Shown here: positions 44,279 through 56,475 of the stretch, piece after piece
Layout: each line of letters starts with the position of its first letter
How positions within the stretch are numbered: the stretch's first letter is position 1
NCBI GenBank assembly: GCA_964016885.1
Contig: OZ024752.1
Location: forward strand, 48,050,001-48,114,000
Source: Eledone cirrhosa
Taxonomy: Eukaryota
DNA: 64,000 bases
Direction: 5' to 3'
Made by a program: the position numbers and the translations under genes
The notes under the pieces: model-generated
Databases searched by the model: none
Seen by the model: only the letters and a program-made list of their open reading frames with translations
Told to the model about the DNA's origin: nothing

Positions 44279-45287
44279 TTTGGAGTATAAGAGAGGTTTC
44301 TTATATACAATTATGATGGAGGGTTTTAATTTAAATATGAACACTTTAAACCAAAGCAGTCTCTATCAGATTAGTATCAAAAGGAGTAGTATCTATTTGT
44401 CCATGTTAGTTTAAATTGTAACATTTTGACGAAAAGCTTCTCTTTATCACTGTTCTCTGAACTTTCTATCACAGAATAATTTAGATGGTTTATCTTCTTC
44501 ACAATTTCACTCATACAGCATCTCAATTCAAATGAAGTCTCATGGAGTTAAATTTCCCAAATATTAATATAGTTTATTTTGAAGTCATTTATGTAAGTGG
44601 CATTAATAATTTGCTTTGCTAAATTACTGCAGTCATTGACTGTCTTTGGTGAGAACGAATATTTTCTTACTAATGATACTTAAAAATACTTGAACATATA
44701 TTAATAACCTCTTAAAACTTTGCTGTTGAATTCAAGTATTTCACTTGTAGTTGTAGCTTCTTAAGTTCTTATTATAATTGATCTGAAATCACCTCAGAAT
44801 AATGACCCACTTTCAAATCCTCAAAGCAGCTGAGCTGGAAGGATTTATTCAGATCCAGTGTTGCTCAATCTAATATGTATGAAAAACATATATCTTCAGA
44901 TATGTAAATATCTAAATTAACCACTGGCACATACTCTAGAGTGTATGCTTTGATTACAGCAGAGAAAAAAAAAGGAACAGTAATCTTCCAATGTTATATT
45001 TTATAACACACATGAAAGCTACTATTACAATGCATACAGAATATCATTTTTATATAGTTGACAGTAAAAGAAATGATAATGATGATATACATACACACAC
45101 ATACACATACACATACACATATTATCAGAACAACTGCATTATTCTGAAGAATTTAAGTGTGTGTGTGTATCATCATCATCATCATTTCATTTTACGTCCG
45201 CTTTTCCCTGCTTGCAAGGGTGAGACGGGAACTGATTCTGGCTTGATTTCTACAGCTGGATGCCCTTCCTAACACCAACCTCATTGG

Positions 45288-45373
45288 TATATATATGTAT
45301 GTATATAAATATATGTATGTATATGTATGTATGTATGTATGTATGTATATGCATGTATGTATGTATATGCATG

Positions 45374-45419
<46 letters not shown>

Positions 45420-45915
45420 CATGCATATACATACATACATGCATATACATACATATATTTATATACATACATACATACATACATATACATACATATATTT
45501 ATATACATACATACATATACATACATATATATATACATATACATACATACATATATATATATATACATATACATATACATACATATATATATACATATAC
45601 ATATACATACATATATACATATACATACATATACATACATATATACATATACATACATATATATATATACATATACATATATATATACATATACATATAC
45701 ATACATACATACATATACATACATACATACATACATATACATACATACATACATACATATATATATACATACATACATACATACATATATATATACATAT
45801 ACATACATATATATATATACATATACATACATATATATATATACATATACATACATATATATATATATATATACATATACATACATATATATATATATAT
45901 ATACATATACATACA

Positions 45916-45947
<32 letters not shown>

Positions 45948-45954
45948 CATATAC

Positions 45955-46029
<75 letters not shown>

Positions 46030-46938
46030 CATATACATACATATATATATATATATACATATACATACATATATATATATATATATACATATACATACAT
46101 ATATATATATATATATACATATACATACATATATATATATATACATATACATACATATATATATATATATACATATACATACATATATATATATATATAT
46201 ACATATACATACATATATATATATATATACATATACATACATATATATATATATACATATACATACATATATATATATATACATATACATACATATATAT
46301 ATATATACATACATATATATATATATATACATATACATACATATATATATATATACATATACATACATATATATATATATACATATACATACATATATAT
46401 ATATATACATACATATACATATATATATATATACATATACATACATATATATATATATACATATACATACATATATATATATATACATATACATACATAT
46501 ATATATATATACATATACATACATATATATATATATACATATACATACATATATATATATATACATATACATACATACATATATATATACATATACATAC
46601 ATACATATATATATATATACATATACATACATATATATATATATATATACATACATATATATATACATATACATACATACATATATATATATATACATAT
46701 ACATACATATATATATATATACATACATACATATATACATATACATACATACATACATATATATATACATATACATACATACATATATATATATATACAT
46801 ATACATACATATATATATATATACATATACATACATATATATATATATACATATACATACATATATATATATATACATATACATACATATATATATATAT
46901 ATATACATACATATATATATACATACATATACATATAT
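45288..46938. repeat. 1.65-kb (TA/TACA) compound microsatellite
   Basis: Direct reading. Similar tracts lie at 1-775, 13080-13500, 24580-25160, 26865-27540, 40255-40910 and 41440-42995. Confidence 0.95.
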
Positions 46939-46940
46939 GT

Positions 46941-47215
46941 GGAGGCACGTGGCCTAGTAATAAGGGTGTTAGACTTATGATCATGATGTCATGGGTTCGA
47001 TTCTTGGGTTGCGCGTTGTGTTCTTCATTTCACATTGCTCCAGTATACTCAGCTGAAAATGAGTACCAGCAATAGCTGGGGGTTTAACCCTGCAATGGAC
47101 TGGCATCCTGTCCAGGGGGTGCGGAGTCTTGTACTCTCAGTTGATTCACACCATGAAACCAGTTAAGCACCGGCCAAATGAACCTTCTGGCTTAAGATAG
47201 ACTTTAGACTTTTTA
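46941..47215 (+). mobile_element. tRNA-derived SINE family 3 (head and core related to family 2, different 3' half)
   Basis: ggaggcacgtggcctagt...ggttcgattc...ttcacattgctccagtatactcagctg...ccctgcaatggactggcatcctgtccaggggg; diverged minus-strand copy at ~22320-22570. Confidence 0.75.
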
Positions 47216-47278
47216 GATTTAAATATATATATATATATATATAATATAAGATCAAAAGATGGTTAAAAGAGTTCCATG

Positions 47279-47349
47279 TATTTTATTATGCGCATTTCAA
47301 AAACAAATATCATCATGCGATGACATTTGCGTTTTCGTCAGATAAAATA
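47279..47349 (-). ncRNA. Type I hammerhead ribozyme motif (mirror copy in palindrome)
   Basis: Reverse-complement arm of the same palindrome; the core reads CTGACGA, which still fits CUGANGA. Confidence 0.72.
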
Positions 47350-47472
47350 GGGAGACATGATATGAAGGTTAAAAAACACTTGTGAATAGTGCAGTTTTAA
47401 ATCAACATATCATATGTTGATTTAAAACTGCACTATTCACAAGTGTTTTTTAACCTTCATATCATGTCTCCC

Positions 47473-47543
47473 TATTTTATCTGATGAAAACGCAAATGTC
47501 ATCGCATGATGATATTTGTTTTTGAAATGCGCATAATAAAATA
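47473..47543 (+). ncRNA. Type I hammerhead ribozyme motif (Penelope-like element terminus)
   Basis: Stem I tattttat/ataaaata (8 bp); core CTGATGA 47481-47487; long stem II aaacgcaaatgtcatc-gcat-gatgatatttgttttt; GAAA 47524-47527; palindromic stem III tgcgca; AUA cleavage triplet ending 47535. Confidence 0.8.
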
Positions 47544-47668
47544 CATGGAACTCTTTTAACCATCTTTTGATCTTATATATTATTTATACTCCAGTCCTAC
47601 AAACTGTAGAGTGCTTCTTATCCGATATCTGCATTGCTTTTGTTGTACTACAATAAAACTCACCTCCT

Positions 47669-47713
<45 letters not shown>

Positions 47714-50587
47714 ATCATCCTCATCCTTATCATCAGCAACATTTAATCTCCATTGCTAATGAGGTCCCCCTGGATACAAAAGCTATCTAATACTTCTAGA
47801 ACATCTTCCAAGCATATGAAACAGTTCATTTCCCAACAACTCTTGCTGTTGACTACTGTGTACCTTTCACATATGAAGTCTTCCTTCAGTGTCAACCTAC
47901 CTGTGATCCCATAAATACATAGTTAAAAATAAATTTAAGGGTGTTGCTGGCATCACTGCTCTCTGTTTCTGTCTCTCTCTCTCGCACACACACACTCTAC
48001 CACCCTCTTTCCAACATAACATACATTTTACACGACATATACTACAGCTTTAATATAATAGAGGCTTTATATTAGTATAAAATCAAGTGATGTGTTACTC
48101 TTTTATTCTTTTATTTGTACAAGACATCCTAAAAAATTTAAGGTTAAATTTATTTTACACTGATTTATTTAGACTAGTGTTGTATTCACAATGTGTTCGT
48201 CATTGTATGCTTTGACCTTCAATAGCTAACAAAGAAGATGGACGTTAAATGATGATGATGATGAAAAATATATCTCTGTTATTAAATCTTTGAGTGTCAG
48301 TATTGTTTTTATTACTTTACAGTCCCAAGCTGGGATTAGACATTAATTTTTGAATTCAAAAATAACATAAAGAAAAATTTAAAGACGAGAATAAAAGATA
48401 GTTTTGATCAAATGTACTTTATCTAGACCTCCACAAACTAAACTAAAACCTATTAGTACATCTTTGGTTTACAAGACATATCAGTACATTTAAATCACTT
48501 ACAACATAGAATAATAATTTTTTTTTTTTTTTTTTTCCTGACTTAGAACACTAGATAAGTGACTTTGTAAAATGTCTCAGATCTTTCTGAAATAATCCCC
48601 AAAATCATCTCACATCATAGAAAATAAAATTAAAAGTGAATAAATAAATTTAAAAAAAAATTATATATATAATGAAAAGTTTAAGAAGTGTATCAGTTTC
48701 CTCTGTTTTTGAAAATCAAATCACATTAACAATATCCCTACCTACACTGATACTTTTTAATTCCCTTTAACTTTGGTTATGTTTTTATTTATTTCCAAAT
48801 TTTTTTCTTTTTTAAATAATTTATTCAACCAGTAAATCAAGCATGACAACATCCTCAAGACTGATCAAAGAAGAAAATAGGTTACATAAAAATCGATGTG
48901 GTTGGTTTAACTGTTGAAAGTTTAAGAAAAATCTCATCGTGAAATTGTTGTTCTTACCTAGGTTATTCAGTTTAGAAATCATGTCAACTTAAGTTGCTTT
49001 TATATAATTTGATCCTTATCAGAGAAGGTTTTAATATAATCTAAGTAGAATAACAGTTGCTGATTCATTATTGCATGTAAGGAAGAAGAACAAGAGGGGT
49101 AGGCTAAGATTTTCCCTCCCAGTCCCTTCCATTTTTTCCTTACTAAGAAAAAACAAAAGAAATTAAATTAAAATAAAATAATAAAATAAAATAAAGAAAT
49201 TATAGTAAAATATTGGGATTAATTAAAAAGCTTAATAATCTTAGAATTGGTTGAACTTAACAAGATTAAAATGGGAATACTGAGGATCTATCATACAAAA
49301 ATGTAACTCAGCTTCATCTACAATCTACTCTTTTACTCAAGATAATAACAACACGATTACTATATTAGTAAGTCGACAACAATCTACTAATGCCTCCCTT
49401 ATAAGGCTTTCTCCTGCTAATCTTATTATATACCCAGATGATTTGGAGTTTGCTTAATGGATTTGGATTCAAATTTCAAAAATGTTTCAGTTCTAATCAC
49501 ATATTTTATTTTATTTATCTTCATTTGATTTTTGTATTTCATTTTTTTTTTTTTAATTTAAATAGGATTTGTAACAATATAAATGAATGAAAAAATAAAT
49601 AAATAAAATAGTAAGAAAGAAAAAGCTTATCTTCAAAATTTTATAATTTAAAAATAAGAACTGATCGTCTCTAATAAATAATATGCTGAAAATGTCAGTT
49701 TAGTCTATTCTTAAGACAATGTATAATTGTTTTAGACTAAAACATACACAAGAATATAAAATATACATATACAAAAAAATAAAGTAGAAAAAACATACAT
49801 ATATACACACAGGGATAAAAATGTATATAAAATTTTGTTTCTCTTGAGATAGAAAGCTAAAGAGATCTATTGTCTAATAAATATATATTGTTTTTTTGTG
49901 TTAAGCTTCGTTTTTTTTTTTTATTAGAAAATTTTATCTTTTATTAATTTCTTCTTTGAATAAGGAAGATTTTTTAGAAGAGATCAATGACGAAACATTG
50001 CTTTCAAAGTAAGCCAAAGTGTCAGCATCTATCTATACAACAATAATGACTAATCACACTTCAATAAATCTTTTAATATTGCAGTAAGAACCTTTAAATA
50101 AATTGAAAATATATGTACATATTTTACATATGCATATGTGACTGTGTATATATGACTCGATATATGAATGACTGTATGTATATGTGATTGTGTGTATATA
50201 TGACTCGATATATGAATGACTGTATGTATATGTGATTGTGTGTATATCTGACTGTATGTATATCTGAATGTACGTAACAGTGACTGAATGTATGCGTGTA
50301 CATTGAAAAATGATATAAAGCTTGTTATAAATATTTGAATTAATATTTTAGATTTCAATTCATCTGTGAGATTAGGTGTGAGGGATGAAGATGAATTAAT
50401 AAATTTCAAGAAACCACAGCTCATTATATTAATTGCATGCAATGCATGTCATTCAGAAAAAATTCTAAACCGATTCAATAAATACACTATGGATCATTAT
50501 TAGTTCCCTTCCTTTTTCTCTGAGACAAATCCATTCAGTTTCTTAAAAGTCATGTTGACCCCATCATGAAAGTAAAATATATATATA

Positions 50588-51213
50588 TCATCATCATCAT
50601 CATCATCGCTTAACGTCCATCTTCCACGCTTGCATGGGTTTGGACGGGAGTTTTCCCACTTGAGGCAAGAGTGGTTGTCTTGCTCGTATAGGACTGTCTG
50701 GCGGGTTTTCTACAGCTGGATGCCCTTCCTAACACCAACCACGTTTACAGTGTGGACTGGGAGGTTTTTACCGTGTTACCTACATGGCCACATTACAGCG
50801 TGGACTGTGTGTTTTTTTTGCCGTGACACCTACACGACCTCATTTGTTTTGGACTGGATGTTGTGGTACCAACATAACTTTACATTGAAAGGGGTGGTGT
50901 GGATGGGGTGGGGGTAGTGGGATGGATGGGGTGTATTTTTGTTAGAGGTGCCTACTGACTGTAGTAGGTTTCACTTTGTACTTAGGTAAGGCGGGTCTTC
51001 TGTATTACTGTGTAGCGCCAAAGATCTCGGTCCAGTAACATTGTCTTGGAGAGGTGTAAGTGTGTGAGGTCGGAATTTATCAAGTCGTCCCAGGTTTTTC
51101 TGGGTCTGCCTACTCCGTGGCTACCGTCTATTTTTATAGAGCTTTTTTATACAGCTGTCGTCTTTCATGCGCATCACGTGACCGGACCAACGTAGTCTTC
51201 TCTTGAGTAAACA
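50588..51213 (-). mobile_element. 5'-truncated RTE-clade LINE: ORF C-terminus plus 3' UTR and (GAT)n tail
   Basis: Minus translation [20 protein letters not shown]...(frame break)...GVGRPRKTWDDLINSDL...DRDLWR, typical of the RTE ORF2 end. Contiguous UTR ends gcgtggaagatggacgttaagcgatgatgatg. Confidence 0.8.
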
Positions 51214-51220
51214 ACATATA

Positions 51221-51308
<88 letters not shown>

Positions 51309-51337
51309 GAGCACCACCCTTATAAATATATATATAT

Positions 51338-51677
51338 GGAGGCACATGGCTTAGTGGTTAGAACATTGGCCTTGCAATCGAAATGTTGTGAGTTCAATTC
51401 TCAGACCGGGTGATGTGTTGTTTCCTTGAGCAAGACACTTTATTTCACATTGCTCCAGTTTACTCAGCTGTAGAAATGAGATGATAGGGACTGGGGTCCC
51501 TATCATTCCACTGCAAAGTGGACGTGTAGGCGCCACGGAAAAAAGCACCCAGCACTCACTGAAAATGAGGTTGGTGTTAGGAAGAGCATCCAGCTGTAGA
51601 AATCAAGCCAAATCAGTTCCTGTCCCACCCTTGCAAGCAGGGAAAAGCGGACGTAAAATGAAATGATGAAATGATGA
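51338..51677 (+). mobile_element. Full-length SINE family 2
   Basis: Near-identical to 6062-6399; flanked by a duplicated atatatag.gcaccacccttata.atatatat segment. Confidence 0.88.
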
Positions 51678-51698
51678 TATATATATATAGGGCACCAC

Positions 51699-51736
<38 letters not shown>

Positions 51737-54700
51737 GTGGTGCCACCAGCATAGCCTCAGCTGGATGGCTGGAATATATATTATAAATAATAAATACAAA
51801 GGCCAAAATATATATATATACAGCATAATAATGCTGTGTGGTTAAGGAGTTTACATTACAAATATGTGACTTTGCATTCACTTCTACTGCTCTGCACCCT
51901 GAGCAAGTGTTTGCTACTAGAGTCATGGGTTTACCAATAAATACTTTGTCAGTGAAATTTGGTAACCAGAAACTACAGAAACCTTTCGTGTTGGTGTGTG
52001 TGTGTATATATATAAGTATATGTATGTATGTATGTGTGTGTGAGTGTTGTTAAATATATAACTATTTTCAAGTTTTAACTTTCTGTAAAATTTTTCTCCC
52101 ATTTTCTCATAAGTCATTTACAACTGCTAAGTGACAAGAAAAACACAGTTTGGAATAACAAAGTTACTAAATCGATAATTTAATTGATGTTTCTAGATTT
52201 TCACAATTTCATCATCAGAATTATTGTTGGTTTATTTCTGCTACCTTTTATATTATGAAATTTTGATGAAGAAAGATACATAGGCATAGAAAAGAGTTAA
52301 AACATAAACATAGTCATGTGTTTAACAACACATGACTAAAAGGAAGGATGTTCTCAATATATACAAATATGTATGTATATATATATATATGTGTGTATTT
52401 GTCTGTGTTTATGTTTGTATCTGAGCCTGTATTTTCTTGTAACTTCACAGTTCGGAAAAATTAGATATCAATAAAATAAGTACTGGGGTTCACATGGTCA
52501 ATTAAATGCCCTTAAGGTAATGCCCCAGCATGGCTAGAATTATGGAAAATAAGGTGGAATTTTAGAAGGTACATGTCGTCATAGTTTTATGTAATTGTAT
52601 TGAAAATGGCAATCTTTACTCTTTGAAAACAAAGCCTACTGATGCTTTCACACAAAAAAGACAGAGCCATTATTTTGAAAGAATATGGGTATTATTTTCT
52701 TTCTTTAACTGTCAAAAAATATCAGAATCTCAACACAGAAATAATCATGTGTATCTGCGTGTACGCATGTGTGTATTCTTGAAGAGATTGGCCCTTTCTT
52801 TTTTCTAAAACAGTCATAGCTCAGTCATCTTATAAGGGTTAATATGCCAATAAATGAAAAGAAAAAGTCACATTTAATTTATTAAACCCTTCCTAATTAT
52901 TCATAATTTTGAAAATTAACTGAAACACATAAGCAGTGTGTATTCTTGTTAGAAATATGGTCACGAAAGGGCTATATTGATTTTATTGCATACATTCATT
53001 TTACATGGCTACTGGCACGCACTCATCAACTTCTCAATTCTATGAACTTCAGTTAGCTCCACTCATTGCATTTCATTCTTTCTCCTATCAAACAACCATC
53101 TTAGACGTCATCAACAGAAGTTGTTCTCTATGCTTCTTTTATTCATTTCACACATCAACCAATAACTTACTAATGACATTTCCATCATCATTAATTAAAT
53201 CGTTTCAATACTACAAATGAATTATGGGACAAAAATATGCTTCTTATATAATTCTCAATGAGATATTTTATTTTTGCTTTTGTTTTTGTTTCTGTGTATC
53301 TTTCAGCTTAATGATGTATTTCTTTCTTTTTTTAATGGCTGTGTATCGACTTCAAGTTCACACATTATTTTACATGAGTTGGTGATCCTTTCTGATTAAA
53401 CAATACATACTAGAAAAGTACAACAGCGTGTGTTTTAAAGCAATTTTCTGTATTAAAGCAGAAGTTAGCTTTGTAGGCCTCTTGATAGGCTTCATATCTA
53501 CCATAGGCCTTGTTTTGAGTCAACGTTTTGTCACCAGATGCTCTTTCTCATGCTAAAGAGATATAGAGGAAGAATTGACTGGCACTTTTTTTTTTCATCA
53601 ACCTTGAAAGAACGAAACGCAAAGTTGACCTTGGAACGATTTGAACACAGAGAGCAGAGAACCAGAACAAATATTGCAAAGCATTCTATCTGACATTCTA
53701 ATGACTCTGCTAATTCACTACCTCTATATATATATAGTAAAAAAAAAAAAAAAAAAGGATTTCAATGACAACTCAGTTAAATGAGTAAATGCATGGGAAA
53801 TTCTGATTCTCAAACTGTTTAACAAGAATTTATTGCAAAAGAACCTTACGTTTATTCAGCACATGCAATAGAAGAAACTATTGGAAATAAAAGTAAACAG
53901 TATTCTTTCTTACCAAAGAGAAAATATAATACAACCAAAAATAACTAACCACTAAAATAAATAACAGTAACTATAGAAGAAAATTTCCTGTTGAAATAAA
54001 TTCAAAAGTAAAAAATAGAAAGAAACAGGTATATACTTCAGAAAATCAAGTTTCAATAATGAAAAAGTTTAAAGAAAGAAACATCAAATAGCTGATATAG
54101 TTTCTATGGATAAACATTTCCAGCTTCCATGTTGATTGCCAAGAAGCAAAAATATATATTATATATAAAAAAGAAATAACAATACTGTAAGTTGAATTAA
54201 ATTAAAGTATATAAATGTATTTAAAAAATAAAAACATTTATTTTTATTTATTTAGTTAGTCGGTTAGTTTTTTTTTTTTTGCTTTTTTTTTGTTGTAATG
54301 TTGAACTAATTAAAACATTGTATGATATTTGCTTTGACCTTTCCCCAAGTGTATAGATATACATGAGAAATACTTTGAGAAGTTTTTTTTTTTTTTTTTT
54401 TTTCAGCTGTGTCGCCTTCCTAACTTACTACCTACCACTGCCAACTGTAAAAAGCAATCTCAATGGAGATTACTTTACAACTACACAGATCGTGTCAAGC
54501 TTATATCTTGGCACATTCATTCAGTTTCTGCGAAACTTCCTTAGAAATTCGACCATCCTCTGGCACTACTGGGATTCTTTAAAAAACATTGCAAAGATTT
54601 GCTTTATTAAAAAAACAAACAAAACAAAAATACAATAAAAAAAAAAAAAATGTACAAAAAATTACAATTTAAAGAATATGCACTTCAGTGTGGGGGTGGG

Positions 54701-55545
54701 GTTATAACATTTATTATTCTCGTTTTACAACATATTTTTTTTTCTATTTTAATTTTTTTTTTTATGGAATTTCGAATTTTAAAAATAGCTGACCGTCAAC
54801 ATACAGAGGAGCTAATGTAGAAAATAAGAAGCTGTGACTTGTGACTATTTATTGTAGTTTAGTTGTTGATAGTCACGTGTTGGAACATTTATATTGATGA
54901 AAGAACATTAGTTGGATGTTGAAATGAAAAAAATACATACACACACACATATATACATACATACATACTCACACACACAAATATACACAGACAAACACAC
55001 ATACATACGCACATATACATACATACACACACACACACAGACACATACATATATACATACACATACATACAGGAAATTTCCTTTTATATATTCAAAATAT
55101 ATAAAATGTAAAAGTGTTGACAAAAAATAAGTCAAGTTTATTTTTTTTAACAAAATCTTTCTGTAGCCATTAAAGTGTATTCCTTGAATAAAAATTTATT
55201 TTTATTTTCATTTTGGTTTTTACTTTTTATTTATTTATTTATAGAGATTCTGCAGAAAAAGAAATGATAAATGCATCTAAACAAAATTGATAATTTCCAA
55301 TCAAAGAAATTCACTTCAAATCTATGTTAAATGATCATGAAACAAGGAGCATCTCAGTCTCAAAGACTCTGAAAAGGGTCATGGGCACTGACTTTCCTTG
55401 CTTGACTAAATTTCATATATATATATCATGCTCGCATGGAAGATCTGTGTGTGTGTGTGTGAAAAGTAAGCAAAAGTAATAAAGCAAATGACACAGTACA
55501 ATGAGGAAATATATTAGTTTAACACTTGAAATAATAGGAAAAGAG

Positions 55546-55581
55546 TCTTAACGTTTCGGACACTAGCCCTTCATCAGAAGA
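55546..55581 (-). ncRNA. Minimal hammerhead motif (Penelope-type)
   Basis: Minus strand: tctt-CTGATGA-agggctagtgtcc-GAAA-cgttaaga; same family as the 11.2 kb copy. Confidence 0.62.
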
Positions 55582-55826
55582 TAAAATGAGATAAAAGGAG
55601 GAAGGAATGGTTGGCTCCTGACGCCAACCATTTTAGTCACCCCTTACAACATGCAGGCATGTGATGTACCTATTCCTAATATTTATATTTATCTAATAAA
55701 ACTTTCTATCATAATTTTATGTAAGAACATTTATCAAGTTTTGTTCTAAACACAAGCATAATAATGAGAAATCTAGTTATACTACTAAACACCTGAAAAT
55801 TCTTCATTTTTTTAAACATACATATC

Positions 55827-55948
55827 GTCTGAGTTCAAATCCCGTCGAGGTTAACTTTGCCTTTCATCCTTACGAGGTTGATAAAATAAAGTACCAGTAA
55901 TACACTTGGATAATTGCTGGCCTTGTGCCAAAGTAGAAACAATTATTT
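55827..55948 (+). mobile_element. SINE family 1 3' half inserted in a diverged MITE-B copy
   Basis: Matches the family 1 core; flanked by repeated ttttaaacataca (likely TSD). Confidence 0.8.
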
Positions 55949-56261
55949 TAAACATACAGGAAATGTCATTCATAGGAAATATGTTAAACAAGAGTTAATA
56001 AAACTTCTTACTATGCAGAGGAAACTGATTCTTACATTCAGAAATACAACATACTCCTTTGGTGTGTTATTCTCATCATCTCACTTGATTTCATTTTATT
56101 CCAGTCAATTTTCCAACTAAACAAAGCAAACATTCCCAGTCTTAATCCATTGTCACTATTCAAGGTATCATGTGAAAATATCTACATGATTAGTAAGAAT
56201 CAAACATGAGTGTGTGCCTGTGAAACATATACTTATATACATGTGACTTGTGACTATTTAT

Positions 56262-56475
56262 TGGAACCAAACTCCCACTGCTTCCATTTCTCCCGCTCTC
56301 CCTATCTCTCACTATTACGAGCAAATTGGGGCCCCGCACGCTGGCTGCCCTGCGATCCTGGTGGACAGAATAGAGAAGGTGTTTCCCCGGAGGAAGGTGA
56401 GGGAGACGCGCTGGAAGAGCCATTCCAGTTCATGGAGCACCCATCTGCAGGTAGACAACTCTGTGCCGGTGGTGG
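56262..56475 (+). repeat. Unclassified GC-rich dispersed repeat
   Basis: ggaaccaaactcccact...ctggtggacagaatagagaagg...ctggaagagccattccag; homologous minus-strand copies at ~32170-32400 and ~37075-37322 (split by a SINE). Confidence 0.7.

Larger units (their letters stand above)
47244..47672 (+). mobile_element. Penelope-like element terminal (pseudo-LTR) fragment with 335-bp inverted duplication
   Basis: Palindrome 47244-47578 (167-bp arms, 1-nt centre at 47411, one mismatch seen), then a ~95-bp tail shared with the copy at 62.9 kb. Flanked by (TA)n and carries hammerhead motifs. Confidence 0.65.

Noticed and set aside
45260-46984. Very long YI/HT/CV-rich ORFs here and throughout the window
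   Set aside because: Translations of (TA)/(CA) microsatellites that lack stop codons.
52170-52224. Minus-strand CTGATGA...GAAA (also at ~7395-7420)
   Set aside because: Stem II does not pair convincingly; chance match or too decayed.
54407-54544. Strong plus-strand acceptor (T-run + cag) followed by a 45-codon frame
   Set aside because: No recognisable protein or partner exon; poly-T runs are common here.
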